Origin: Alphaproteobacteria bacterium | GTDB taxonomy: Bacteria; Pseudomonadota; Alphaproteobacteria; MPNO01; UBA830 | Assembly (NCBI GenBank): GCA_038133505.1 | Contig: JAYPTI010000001.1 | Location: forward strand, 1-63,656 | Reading direction: 5' to 3' | DNA length: 63,656 nucleotides | Shown: in pieces, positions 38,421 to 47,035 of the stretch | Layout of the letters: every line of letters begins with the position of its first letter | Numbering within the stretch: position 1 is the stretch's first letter | Notes under the pieces: model-generated | The model's database searches: none | The model's input: the letters and a program-made list of their open reading frames with translations, nothing else | Told to the model about the DNA's origin: nothing | Position numbers and translations under genes: made by a program

Positions 38421-39950
38421 TCAGTCCTCGGGGATGTCGCTTGCCGCGCGGGCGGCCCGGTTGCGCCGCCAGTCGAGCGCATAGGGCACCAGCAGCGACA
38501 GCGCAAGACAAACCCAGAGGATATTTCCCAGTTGGGACGAGAAGAGGACGGATATGTCGCCCTGCGACATCTTCATCGCGCGCAGGAAGTACTGCTCCAG
38601 CAGCGGGCCGAGGATGACGCCGATCAGGATCGCGGCCACGTGGTATCCCGTCTTGCGGGCGACGTAGCCGAGGACGCCGAAAGCCAGTGCGAGATACATG
38701 TCGAACATGTACTGGCGCGGCACGAACGAGCCGACCAGCGTGAACGAGATGATCAACGGCGACATGTAGGCGGTCGAGACCATCGTCACCCGGCTCATGT
38801 AGCGCGACAGCGGCAGGATAGTCAGCGTCATGATCAGGTAGGTGACCGCCATCACCATGAACATGCCGTAGCCGATTTCCGGCTGGTTGCGGAACAGCGC
38901 CGGGCCGAAGCTGACGCCGTGATACTGCATGACGACCAGCATGATCGCCGCGGTCGCGCCGCCCGGAATGCCGATCACCAGCAGCGGGATCAGCGTGCCC
39001 GACGTGACGCCGTTGTTCGCGGACTCCGGCGCGATCAGCCCCTCCGGGTGGCCGGTGCCGTAAAGCTCGGGCGTCTTGGAAAAGCTCTTCGACTGCTGGT
39101 AGGCGACGAACGACGCGATGGCTGCCCCGGCGCCCGGGATGACGCCGACGATCAGGCCGATGATGCTGGTCCAGGTGATGTGCCACCATTTGCTGAAGGC
39201 GATCCGGCAGCCTTCGATGGTTTCCTTCCAGCTCGCCTTCTTCATCGCCTCGCGGCCGACATGGGTGAGCATGGAGTCGCCCTCGATGACGAGGAACGCC
39301 TCCGATACCGCGAACAGGCCCACCAGCGCCGGGATCAGCGGGATGCCGTCGTAGAGCTCCAGAAAACCCATCGTGCCGCGCGGCGTGGCGTAGACGTGAT
39401 CGGAGCCGATGAACCCGATCATCAGGCCGAGGAAGCCGGCAATCAGGCCCTTGAGCGTGTCCTTCGACGCGATGGTTGCGATCAGCGAAATGCCGAACAG
39501 CATCACGACGATCATCTCCACCGAGTGCATCACGAACGCCACTTCGGCGAGCCACGGCATCATCAGGATGGCGAGGACGGTGGTCAGCAGGCCGCCGACG
39601 GTAGAGGCGACGAACGACATCGCCAGCGCCTGCTGGCCGCGCCCCTGCTTCGCCATCGGATAGCCGTCGAGCGGCGTCGCCGCCGCGCCTGCCGTGCCCG
39701 GAATGTTCACGAGGATCGCCGGCACGCCCGCGCCCATGCGCGACGACGCGTACAGCGCCACCATGAAGACGAGGCCCATCTCCAGATCCATCGCCAGCGT
39801 CAGCGGCAGCAGGATGATGATCGTATTGGCGGCGCTGAAGCCGGGGATCGCGCCCACGATCAGGCCGAGAAAGATCGTCGGCAGAATGACCCACCAGTAG
39901 GACAGGGTGTGCCAGAAAACGCTCAGAACGATGCCGAGATCCGCGTCCAT
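38421..39950 (-). CDS. tctA: TTT large permease
   Basis: 509 aa. IPGFSAANTI, IPGTAGAAATPLDGYPMAKQGRG, APESANNGVTSG. Confidence 0.9.
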   Translation of the reverse strand: MDADLGIVLSVFWHTLSYWWVILPTIFLGLIVGAIPGFSAANTIIILLPLTLAMDLEMGLVFMVALYASSRMGAGVPAILVNIPGTAGAAATPLDGYPMAKQGRGQQALAMSFVASTVGGLLTTVLAILMMPWLAEVAFVMHSVEMIVVMLFGISLIATIASKDTLKGLIAGFLGLMIGFIGSDHVYATPRGTMGFLELYDGIPLIPALVGLFAVSEAFLVIEGDSMLTHVGREAMKKASWKETIEGCRIAFSKWWHITWTSIIGLIVGVIPGAGAAIASFVAYQQSKSFSKTPELYGTGHPEGLIAPESANNGVTSGTLIPLLVIGIPGGATAAIMLVVMQYHGVSFGPALFRNQPEIGYGMFMVMAVTYLIMTLTILPLSRYMSRVTMVSTAYMSPLIISFTLVGSFVPRQYMFDMYLALAFGVLGYVARKTGYHVAAILIGVILGPLLEQYFLRAMKMSQGDISVLFSSQLGNILWVCLALSLLVPYALDWRRNRAARAASDIPED

Positions 39951-39951
39951 G

Positions 39952-40455
39952 TCAGAACAGCCCGTCGATCAGGTTTTCGAAGGGGCCGTGCGGGAAACGG
40001 ATTTCGAAGGCGACGATGAACAGCAGATAGCCGGCGAGGGAGAAACAGGCGGCGACGAGCGCGGCGAGGCCCTTCGACTTGCCCCGGTTCAGCATGATCA
40101 TGGAGAGCGTCATGAACACGAACGAAGTCAGCGTGAAGCCGCCCCAGTCGATGGCGATGGTGAACAGGATCGTCAGGCCGATCAGCCCGAACCGGATCGG
40201 CAGGATCGACAGCGGCTCGACGATGTCGCGCATGCCGAGATCCGCTTCGCCGCGGGCCTTCATCATGACGACGCGGCCGATGAAGACGAGGACGAGGGCG
40301 ATCAGGATGGCGCCGACGAAGAAGGCGGCGACCTGCGCCGTCCACGGCGAATTGTAGATCGTCGAAAAGTAATAGAGGGTGAAGACGAGCGCGGCGACCG
40401 GGAAGATCAGCTCCGCGCCAAGCGACTTCTTTTCGGTGGATTGCGGGTCGTTCAT
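39952..40455 (-). CDS. tctB: TTT small permease
   Basis: 167 aa with four TM helices, ending 1 nt before the tctA start. Position and size match TctB. Confidence 0.8.
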   Translation of the reverse strand: MNDPQSTEKKSLGAELIFPVAALVFTLYYFSTIYNSPWTAQVAAFFVGAILIALVLVFIGRVVMMKARGEADLGMRDIVEPLSILPIRFGLIGLTILFTIAIDWGGFTLTSFVFMTLSMIMLNRGKSKGLAALVAACFSLAGYLLFIVAFEIRFPHGPFENLIDGLF

Positions 40456-40473
40456 GCGGATCGTCCGGAAACT

Positions 40474-40537
40474 GCGCCCCGCACGGACGGCGGGGCGGAA
40501 ACGCGGCTCCCCGGACGCCGGCAGGCACCCGGGGAGC
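40474..40537 (-). promoter_or_regulatory. Two strong intercistronic GC stem-loops between tctC and tctB
   Basis: The first is CGCCCCGC-N7-GCGGGGCG (40475-40497). The second is GCTCCCCGG-N14-CCGGGGAGC (40506-40537). Neither has a U-tract. Confidence 0.45.
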
Positions 40538-40562
40538 GTTCGTCAATCGGTGTCGGCGGGGC

Positions 40563-41585
40563 TTAGCCCTTCTTGCCGGTCAGCAGCGGCTTGAAGCGCG
40601 CGCCGAGCCTGGCGATGTCGGCCGCGTACTTGCCGCACTCTTCCGGCCCGCCGAAGTTGATGTACTCCCAGACGCCCTTAGCCTTGAGGATCGCCGGCTT
40701 GAAGTCGGGATCGTCGAACACCTTGCGGAACGACGCCTGGAGCGCCTGATAACGGTCGGGATGAGCCTTCGCCGCCTTGGTATGGATGGCGAACGCGCGC
40801 GCCGACAGCAGCGGCGGCACCCGGGTGCCGTAGACCTGGTTCATGGTCGGTGCGTTGTCGAGACGGCCCGGGATGACGTTCTTGTCGTTGAAGACGAGCA
40901 GCGTCTTGACCGACTTGCCGCTTGCCGCGACCGAACCGGACGTCAGCGTCGACAGGTCCATCTCGCCCGTCACCACGCCGGCGACCGTGTTCTTGCCGCC
41001 CGACAGCGGGATCAGGTTGATGTTGATGCCGACCTGCTCGGCGAACAGCAGCGCGCCGATCGAGGCGGGATGCGCCAGCCGGCTGGTGCCGACGTTGAGC
41101 GTGCGCTTCTTGCCTTCCTTGATGACGTCGTCGAGCGACTGCAGCTTCGATTTGGCGCCGACGAAGAGAACGCCCGGATCGGTGTCGACGCGGCCGAAAT
41201 AGTGATAGTCGGCGAGATCGAACGTCGGCGGCTTGACCACCCAGTTGAGCAGTTCGGGACCCATGTTGCCGAACAGCAGGTTGTAGGCGTCCGAGTCGCG
41301 CTTGCCCATGTAGACCTCGTAGCCGACGCGGCCCGAGGCGCCCGGGAAGAAGCCCGGCTCGAAATTCGTGTTCAGGTATTTCTTCCAGATACCCGTCACG
41401 CCCCGCAGCAGACGGTCGGCGCCGCCGCCGGCCCGTGTCGGCACGGTGACGTTGATGTTGCGTTCCGGAAAACCTGCCGCACGCGCACCGGCGAACGGAA
41501 GAGACGAAAGCGCCGCCGCGCCGGCGAGGGCGCCCGCGCCTTTCAGCAGATTGCGGCGATTGAAGCCGCCTTCGAATTCGGACAT
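40563..41585 (-). CDS. tctC: TTT substrate-binding protein with twin-arginine-type signal peptide
   Basis: 340 aa. FNRRNLLKGAGALAGAAALSSLPFAGARA. Bug/TctC-like body. First gene of the tctCBA-hydrolase unit. Confidence 0.85.
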   Translation of the reverse strand: MSEFEGGFNRRNLLKGAGALAGAAALSSLPFAGARAAGFPERNINVTVPTRAGGGADRLLRGVTGIWKKYLNTNFEPGFFPGASGRVGYEVYMGKRDSDAYNLLFGNMGPELLNWVVKPPTFDLADYHYFGRVDTDPGVLFVGAKSKLQSLDDVIKEGKKRTLNVGTSRLAHPASIGALLFAEQVGININLIPLSGGKNTVAGVVTGEMDLSTLTSGSVAASGKSVKTLLVFNDKNVIPGRLDNAPTMNQVYGTRVPPLLSARAFAIHTKAAKAHPDRYQALQASFRKVFDDPDFKPAILKAKGVWEYINFGGPEECGKYAADIARLGARFKPLLTGKKG

Positions 41586-41794
41586 CGGTTATCTCCCTAT
41601 GTGACGGCGCACTGCCGGGATGGTGGCGGCCGGATACGCGCCCGATATTTCGGGTCTCGTTACCGGCAAAACTTCCGTCAAACCCTCATGCCTGTCAATC
41701 GAGCCCGGGGGGAATCGACGTTTCTTCTTGTTGCGGTTTGTCGGCCCTGCCGGCGGTGATATGATCGGCGAGAAGTTCGATAGGGAGCGAACAA

Positions 41795-42409
41795 ATGGCT
41801 GATACCGCAACGATGACATCGACTGCCGCCGGCGCCGGATCCGGCCTGCCCACGCGCGGCGTCCACCACCTCGCGCTGACGACCGAGGACATGCAGCTGA
41901 CGACGGATTTTATCGTCAACGTGGTGGGCATGCCGCTCGTCCACGCGATGACGGTGCCGCCCGGGGTCGGGGTCGGCCCGAAGAATCGTGGCAATCCTCC
42001 GTACGAGGAAATCCGCCACTATTTCTTCGACATGGGCCACGACAGCCTGCTGGCCTATTTCGAAATTCCCAAGGGCGAAAAGCCCCAGTCCGACCGCGAT
42101 GCGATCGGCGGCATGCAGCATTGCGCGTTCGTGGTCACGCCCGCGCAGATGAAGGCGCTGCAGGGCCGGCTGGAGGCGGCCGGGGTCGAGTATGACGGCC
42201 CGGTCGACATCCTGCCGGGGCTCGTCTCGCTCTATTTCCGCGATCCGAACGGCATCCGCTTCGAAGCCTGCGCCGAACCCGAGAAAGGCGCCATGCCCGG
42301 CGTTGTCGATTCGGTGCTGCAGACCAAGACGCAGGCGCGCAAGGAGCTGGAGACGACCGGCGCCTCCGAAGAATGGATCCGCAACGTCGTCGCGCATCTT
42401 CCGGACTAG
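41795..42409 (+). CDS. VOC (glyoxalase/bleomycin-resistance/extradiol dioxygenase) family protein
   Basis: 204 aa. GVHHLALTT...HYFFD...MQHCAFVV...LYFRDPNGIRFE are the paired beta-alpha-beta-beta-beta module motifs. Confidence 0.78.
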   Translation: MADTATMTSTAAGAGSGLPTRGVHHLALTTEDMQLTTDFIVNVVGMPLVHAMTVPPGVGVGPKNRGNPPYEEIRHYFFDMGHDSLLAYFEIPKGEKPQSDRDAIGGMQHCAFVVTPAQMKALQGRLEAAGVEYDGPVDILPGLVSLYFRDPNGIRFEACAEPEKGAMPGVVDSVLQTKTQARKELETTGASEEWIRNVVAHLPD

Positions 42410-42436
42410 GCAGGACGCAGAAAGCCGGGTCACCGA

Positions 42437-42559
42437 ATGACAGCCAAGGCGCCGGTGCCCGCGACGAGAGGGAAAAGCCGTCCAATCCTGATGGCCGCCG
42501 CGCTGCTGATGGTCGCAGCGCTCGCCTGCGGCTGGATCTGGCGCGCCGATATCGCGTAA
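42437..42559 (+). CDS. 40-codon ORF encoding a membrane-anchor-like peptide, in frame with the next ORF across a TAA
   Basis: MTAKAPVPATRGKSRPILMAAALLMVAALACGWIWRADIA-TAA. Below the ORF-track size cut-off. It lies in the same frame as 42566..43633. It may be the severed N-terminus of that gene. Confidence 0.35.
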   Translation: MTAKAPVPATRGKSRPILMAAALLMVAALACGWIWRADIA

Positions 42560-42565
42560 TGGAGC

Positions 42566-43633
42566 GTGAACCGGCTCGTCGGTCTGCTGGACGGGATCGG
42601 CGGCGTGCAGTCCTATATCGACGCCAACCGGACGGATTACCTGACCGAGCAAGAGGCGCGGATCGACGTTGCGGGGACCGTCCGCGCCGCGTCGGCGGAA
42701 CAGCTCCGGGACCGGCGGGCGGCGGCGGTCCGATACATCTGGAAAGGCCCGTTTCCCGCGGACCGGCTGCCCGATTCCGTGGAAAGCGTTACGGATCGCG
42801 CCGCGGAGAAGGGATTGAAAAGCTTCCGCCGCGCGAGACGCCTGGTCGTCCGCATGGAGCACGGTATCGTCGTAGCCCCGTTGCTGATCGAGACGAACCA
42901 GCCGAAAAGCGCCGCGGCGGCGGACCGGTGTCTGGTCGTCTACCATCAGGATCACCACGCCGCCTTTCTGGGGGAGCGCGAGTGGTTCGCCCGCTTTCTG
43001 GGGGCAGGCTGCGACGTGATTGCCGTTCCGCTTCCGCTGACCGTCGACAGTCCCGCCGTCGACGTTTCCGTAGATGGCACGAACCGCCGGATCGCCGATC
43101 ACAACGACTTTGAGCTCCTTCGAAGTGCGTCGTTTTCGCCCCTGACGTACTTCGTGGAGCCGTCGGTTGCGGCGTTGAACTTCGCGCTGGCCGAACGCAG
43201 CTATCGGCGCATCGCCGCGGTCGGGCTCTCCGGCGGGGGCTGGCTCGCCGTCGTCGTTGCTGCCCTGGATAGTCGCTTTACCCATGCCTATCCGGTCGCC
43301 GGCAGCCTGCCGCGCTACCTGATGACGGCCGGCGGTCGCAACGTCGGCGATTGGGAATATCGCGAGAACGGCCTCTACGAGGCGGCCAACTTTTTCGAGC
43401 TCTATCTGCTCGGCGTTCTCGAGCCGTCCCGCCGGGCGATCCATATCTACAACCGGCGCGACACCTGCTGTTTCAAGGGGGTGCTGACGGCGGGCTTCTC
43501 GGCGCAGCTGGAGGGAATCGCGCGACGGTGGGGAATGGGGAAACTACGTTTTCACATCGACGACAGCGTCGCCAGCCACATCATTTCCACACCGGCGCTT
43601 GACCTGATCCTGGACGACTTTCTCGCACGCTAG
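42566..43633 (+). CDS. Hypothetical alpha/beta-hydrolase-fold-like protein (GLSGGG nucleophile-elbow-like motif)
   Basis: 355 aa, called from GTG 42566, with GGAG only 1 nt upstream (poor spacing). CLVVYHQDHH, AAVGLSGGGWLAVVVAA. No confident family assignment. Confidence 0.55.
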   Translation: MNRLVGLLDGIGGVQSYIDANRTDYLTEQEARIDVAGTVRAASAEQLRDRRAAAVRYIWKGPFPADRLPDSVESVTDRAAEKGLKSFRRARRLVVRMEHGIVVAPLLIETNQPKSAAAADRCLVVYHQDHHAAFLGEREWFARFLGAGCDVIAVPLPLTVDSPAVDVSVDGTNRRIADHNDFELLRSASFSPLTYFVEPSVAALNFALAERSYRRIAAVGLSGGGWLAVVVAALDSRFTHAYPVAGSLPRYLMTAGGRNVGDWEYRENGLYEAANFFELYLLGVLEPSRRAIHIYNRRDTCCFKGVLTAGFSAQLEGIARRWGMGKLRFHIDDSVASHIISTPALDLILDDFLAR

Positions 43634-43639
43634 TCCCGC

Positions 43640-44473
43640 TCAGGAGACCGTCTTCCGGGCGAGTCCCAGACGCGCCGAGTTCGGCACGAAAATCGCGTCG
43701 CCTTCGCGCCATTCTTCGAATGTCTCGCGAATATCGCTCACCAGCGATTTCTGTTCCGCCTCGTCGAGACCGTCGAGGATTTCGCCGTAGCCGCGGCGAA
43801 GGCCCCGCAGGATGTAGTCGTCCGGATCCTCGACCCGCCGGCTGTAGCGGAGTTCGCGCTCCTCGACGTCGTCGAACCCGGCAGCGGCCAGGATCTCCGT
43901 CAGCAAGCCGGGGGTGCCGAGACTGTGGCGCTGCGGCGGCGGACCTTCCGGTTTTCCGGCGGCCTCCATCGCGCCCCGTCGAAGAACGAAAAAGGCCGGA
44001 TTGTCCTCGTAGGGACCCCAGACCACATAGGCGGCCCGGCCGCCGGGCCGCAGCACCCGCCGCGCTTCCGCCGCCGCGGCGACCCTGTCGGCCGGAAACA
44101 TCAGTCCGAAGCGGCAGGTGACGGCGTCGAATACCGTGTCCGCGTAAGGCAGGGCTTCCATATCCGCGGCGGCGAAATCGATATTGGAGATGCCGACGTT
44201 GACGGCGCGGCTGTGGGTGTGCGCCAGCATTTCGAACGTCAGGTCGCACGCCGTGATCCGGCCCCCGTCGCCGAGCATGAGCCCGATCGAGATCGCGGGA
44301 TCGCCGGTCCCCGACCCCAGGTCGAGGACGCGTTCGCCCGGTTGCAGGGCGGCGTGCTCGATGATCATTTCGTTGAAGGTGTCGTCGGTCGACAGGCCGG
44401 TTGCGGCTGTCGACGTCCAGCTCGCGGTTCTACCCTTCCAGTGTGCGGCGCCCGTTTGACGTTGATCGTCCAT
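43640..44473 (-). CDS. Class I SAM-dependent methyltransferase
   Basis: 277 aa. Motif I VLDLGSGTGD, plus FDAVTCRFGLMF and LRPGGRAAYVVW. The start overlaps the upstream stop (TGATG). Confidence 0.85.
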   Translation of the reverse strand: MDDQRQTGAAHWKGRTASWTSTAATGLSTDDTFNEMIIEHAALQPGERVLDLGSGTGDPAISIGLMLGDGGRITACDLTFEMLAHTHSRAVNVGISNIDFAAADMEALPYADTVFDAVTCRFGLMFPADRVAAAAEARRVLRPGGRAAYVVWGPYEDNPAFFVLRRGAMEAAGKPEGPPPQRHSLGTPGLLTEILAAAGFDDVEERELRYSRRVEDPDDYILRGLRRGYGEILDGLDEAEQKSLVSDIRETFEEWREGDAIFVPNSARLGLARKTVS

Positions 44474-45333
44474 CAGGACCTTTTGCGGCCTTCGCGCTCT
44501 GCGAACTCGAAATAGAGCTCGCGCGCCCGCGTCGCGACCGGGCCGATCTGGTAGTCCCGCTCGGCGATCCGGACGACAGGAAGCACCTTGGAATAGTTCC
44601 CCGTCAGGAAGACCTCGTCCGCATCGAACAGCGCGTCGAGCGTGATCGTCGCCTCCGCGACCGGACGGCCGTCGTCGGCCAGAAGCTCCATCACCCGCCG
44701 GCGCGTGAGGCCCGACAGGAAGGAGCCGTTGGGCGCGGGGGTAAGGACGGCGTCGTCCTTCACCATGAAGAGATTATTGGTCGCGAACTCGGCGACGTTG
44801 CCGAGCGCATCGAGCACGACGGCGGTGCCGTATCCCTTGTCGCGCGCCTGGCGCAGTGCGCGGCCGACATTGGGGTAGAGGCAGGACGCTTTCGCGTTGG
44901 TGGGCGCGGCTTCCGGCGTCGGTCGCCGGTAGCTGGACACCATCGCCGTGACGCCCCGCCATTCGGGCATCGGCGCCTCGAAGACCGTGATCAGGAGCTG
45001 GCTCGAGTCCAGATCGGGCGCGACGAAGCCGTCCTCGAAATACATCATCGGGCGGATATAGAGCTCCGCGTCCTCGGGGAACTTTTCGATCCCCTCCCAG
45101 CACAGCGCGATCATCTCGTCGGCGTCCAACGGCGGCGTCATGTCGAACGCCTTCGCCGAGGAGATCAGCCGGGTGCAGTGGCGGTCGAGATCCGGTGCGA
45201 GCCGGCCGAACGACCGCGCGCCGTCGAATACGGTCGACGCCATCCACCAGGCATGGCTCATCGGGCCCAGCATCGGCGGGTTGCCCTCGTACCAGGTGCC
45301 GTCCTTCCAGGTGAACGCCGGACGCTCGATCAC
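44473..45333 (-). CDS. Class IV aminotransferase (branched-chain-amino-acid aminotransferase-like)
   Basis: 286 aa. The GTG start overlaps the sufE stop (GTGA). FDGARSF, YIRPMM, AKASCLYPN and EFATNNLFMV are fold-type IV motifs. Confidence 0.82.
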   Translation of the reverse strand: MIERPAFTWKDGTWYEGNPPMLGPMSHAWWMASTVFDGARSFGRLAPDLDRHCTRLISSAKAFDMTPPLDADEMIALCWEGIEKFPEDAELYIRPMMYFEDGFVAPDLDSSQLLITVFEAPMPEWRGVTAMVSSYRRPTPEAAPTNAKASCLYPNVGRALRQARDKGYGTAVVLDALGNVAEFATNNLFMVKDDAVLTPAPNGSFLSGLTRRRVMELLADDGRPVAEATITLDALFDADEVFLTGNYSKVLPVVRIAERDYQIGPVATRARELYFEFAEREGRKRS

Positions 45334-45794
45334 GCGAGCGCCTCCGGGGCGATCTCGCCGGCCTCTGCCTCGTCGCGGAACGCTTTCGCGTAGGCGTGAA
45401 TCCGCGTGACCATGGCGTGCAGCCCGTTGGCGCGGCTGCCGCTCAGGTGCGAGCCGAGCTCCAGCGCCTCGAAGAATTCGGGCGGCGTGGCGATGATCTC
45501 CTCCGGCGTCCGGTCCGAATAGACGCGCAGCAGCAGCGCGATCAGGCCGCGCACGATCATTGCGTCGGAGTCGGCGTCGAAATGGATCAGCCCGTCCTCG
45601 CGCTTGGCGTGGAACCAGACCTGCGACTGGCAGCCGGGCACCTTGTGCGCGTCGTCCTTCATCTCCGCCGGCAGCCCGTCGAGGTTCTTGCCGAGCTCGA
45701 TGATGTATTCGTAGCGCTGGACCCAGTCGTCGAAGAACGCGAATTCGTTGACGATTTCCTGCGTCGTTTCTTGCATGGAAGGCTTGTCGGTCAT
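45330..45794 (-). CDS. sufE: SufE-family cysteine desulfuration (sulfur acceptor) protein
   Basis: Start at ATG 45794 (MTDKPSMQETTQEIVNEF). Active-site context KVPGCQSQVWF. 154 aa. The track ORF is over-extended to 46253. Confidence 0.88.
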   Translation of the reverse strand: MTDKPSMQETTQEIVNEFAFFDDWVQRYEYIIELGKNLDGLPAEMKDDAHKVPGCQSQVWFHAKREDGLIHFDADSDAMIVRGLIALLLRVYSDRTPEEIIATPPEFFEALELGSHLSGSRANGLHAMVTRIHAYAKAFRDEAEAGEIAPEALA

Positions 45795-45831
45795 GCGCCC
45801 GATATAGGCGGGATCGGCGTTTCGATCAATC

Positions 45832-46977
45832 TTGGCCGGGCAGGCGGTCGTGTTCCGCCTCTTCGCGATTCGCGATAGGTTGCCGGCACGCTTCCCAAGG
45901 GACACGGATTTGCCCGACATCCACTCCAGCCTTCTGCCGCTGCTGCGGCTGCTGCCGCCCGAGGCGGCGCACCGCGCGACGATCCGCGCGCTCGCCATGG
46001 GTCTCGGCCCGACCGACCGGACGCCCGACGAGCCCGTCCTCGCGACATCCGTCTGGGGCCTCGACTTCCGCAATCCCATCGGCCTGTCGGCCGGGTTCGA
46101 CAAGGGCGCCGAAGTTCCCGACGCGATGCTCGCCGCCGGCTTCGGCTTCGTCGAGGCGGGCACCGTCACGCCGCTGCCGCAGCCCGGAAATCCCAAGCCG
46201 CGGATGTTCCGTCTGACGGCGGATGCGGCTGCGATTAACCGGCTCGGCTTCAACGGGACGGGTCTGGTCCCCTACGTCGAACGCATCTCGCGCCGCAGGA
46301 AGGGCCGCGGCCCGTTCGGGGCAAACGTCGGCAAGAACAAGACGACCGAGGACGGCGCCGCCGACTACGAGATCGGGATCGAGGCGGTCGCGCCCTATGC
46401 CGACTATCTGGTGACGAACATATCGTCGCCCAACACGCCCGGCCTCCGGCGCATGCAGGGCCGCGAAATCCTCGCCGACATGATCGACCGCGTGCTCATG
46501 GCGCGGGCCCTCGCGGTGCCCGAGAAAGAGAAGCAGCCGCCCCTGATCGTGAAGATCGCGCCCGACCTCGACGAGACCGAACGCGCCGACATCGCCGCGG
46601 TCGTGCTGGAGTCGGGCGTCGACGGGCTGACGGTGGCGAACACGACGGTCCTGCGGCCCGACCACATGCGCGATCCGCAGAAGGCGGAGGCGGGCGGTCT
46701 CAGCGGCGCGCCGCTGTTCCCGCTGGCGCTGGAGATCGTCGGCGATATGTACCGCCGGACCGAGGGCAAAATCCCCATCATTGGCTGCGGCGGCGTCGCC
46801 AGCGGCGAGGACGCCTACCGGATGATCCGCGCCGGCGCCTCGCTGGTGCAGCTTTATACGGCGCTGGTCTTTCACGGGCCGGCGCGTGTTCCGCGGCTCA
46901 AGCGCGATCTGGCGCAACGTCTCCGAAAAGACGGGTTTGCGAGCGTTTCCGAGGCCGTTGGAAGCGATCAGGGTTAA
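45832..46977 (+). CDS. pyrD: Dihydroorotate dehydrogenase (quinone)
   Basis: GLDFRNPIGLSAGFDKGAE, NISSPNTPGLR, GGLSGAPL, IGCGGV. The true start may be the in-frame TTG at 45910, giving MPDIHSSLLPLLRLLPPEAAH. Confidence 0.9.
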   Translation: MAGQAVVFRLFAIRDRLPARFPRDTDLPDIHSSLLPLLRLLPPEAAHRATIRALAMGLGPTDRTPDEPVLATSVWGLDFRNPIGLSAGFDKGAEVPDAMLAAGFGFVEAGTVTPLPQPGNPKPRMFRLTADAAAINRLGFNGTGLVPYVERISRRRKGRGPFGANVGKNKTTEDGAADYEIGIEAVAPYADYLVTNISSPNTPGLRRMQGREILADMIDRVLMARALAVPEKEKQPPLIVKIAPDLDETERADIAAVVLESGVDGLTVANTTVLRPDHMRDPQKAEAGGLSGAPLFPLALEIVGDMYRRTEGKIPIIGCGGVASGEDAYRMIRAGASLVQLYTALVFHGPARVPRLKRDLAQRLRKDGFASVSEAVGSDQG

Positions 46978-47035
46978 CCGAACATCAACTGGTTAACGCC
47001 AGAGTCGGGAGGCTAGCAACTCCCGAACGGCACAC

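Noticed and set aside
21950-44000. Genomic island integrated at tRNA-Leu
   Set aside because: The region downstream of the tRNA is rich in accessory catabolic and transport genes. However, I found no integrase, transposase or phage/conjugation genes, and no direct repeat of the tRNA 3' end. The only 9-nt match (CAAGTCCGG at about 20511) lies upstream, inside the palindromic element. The island call is therefore not supported.
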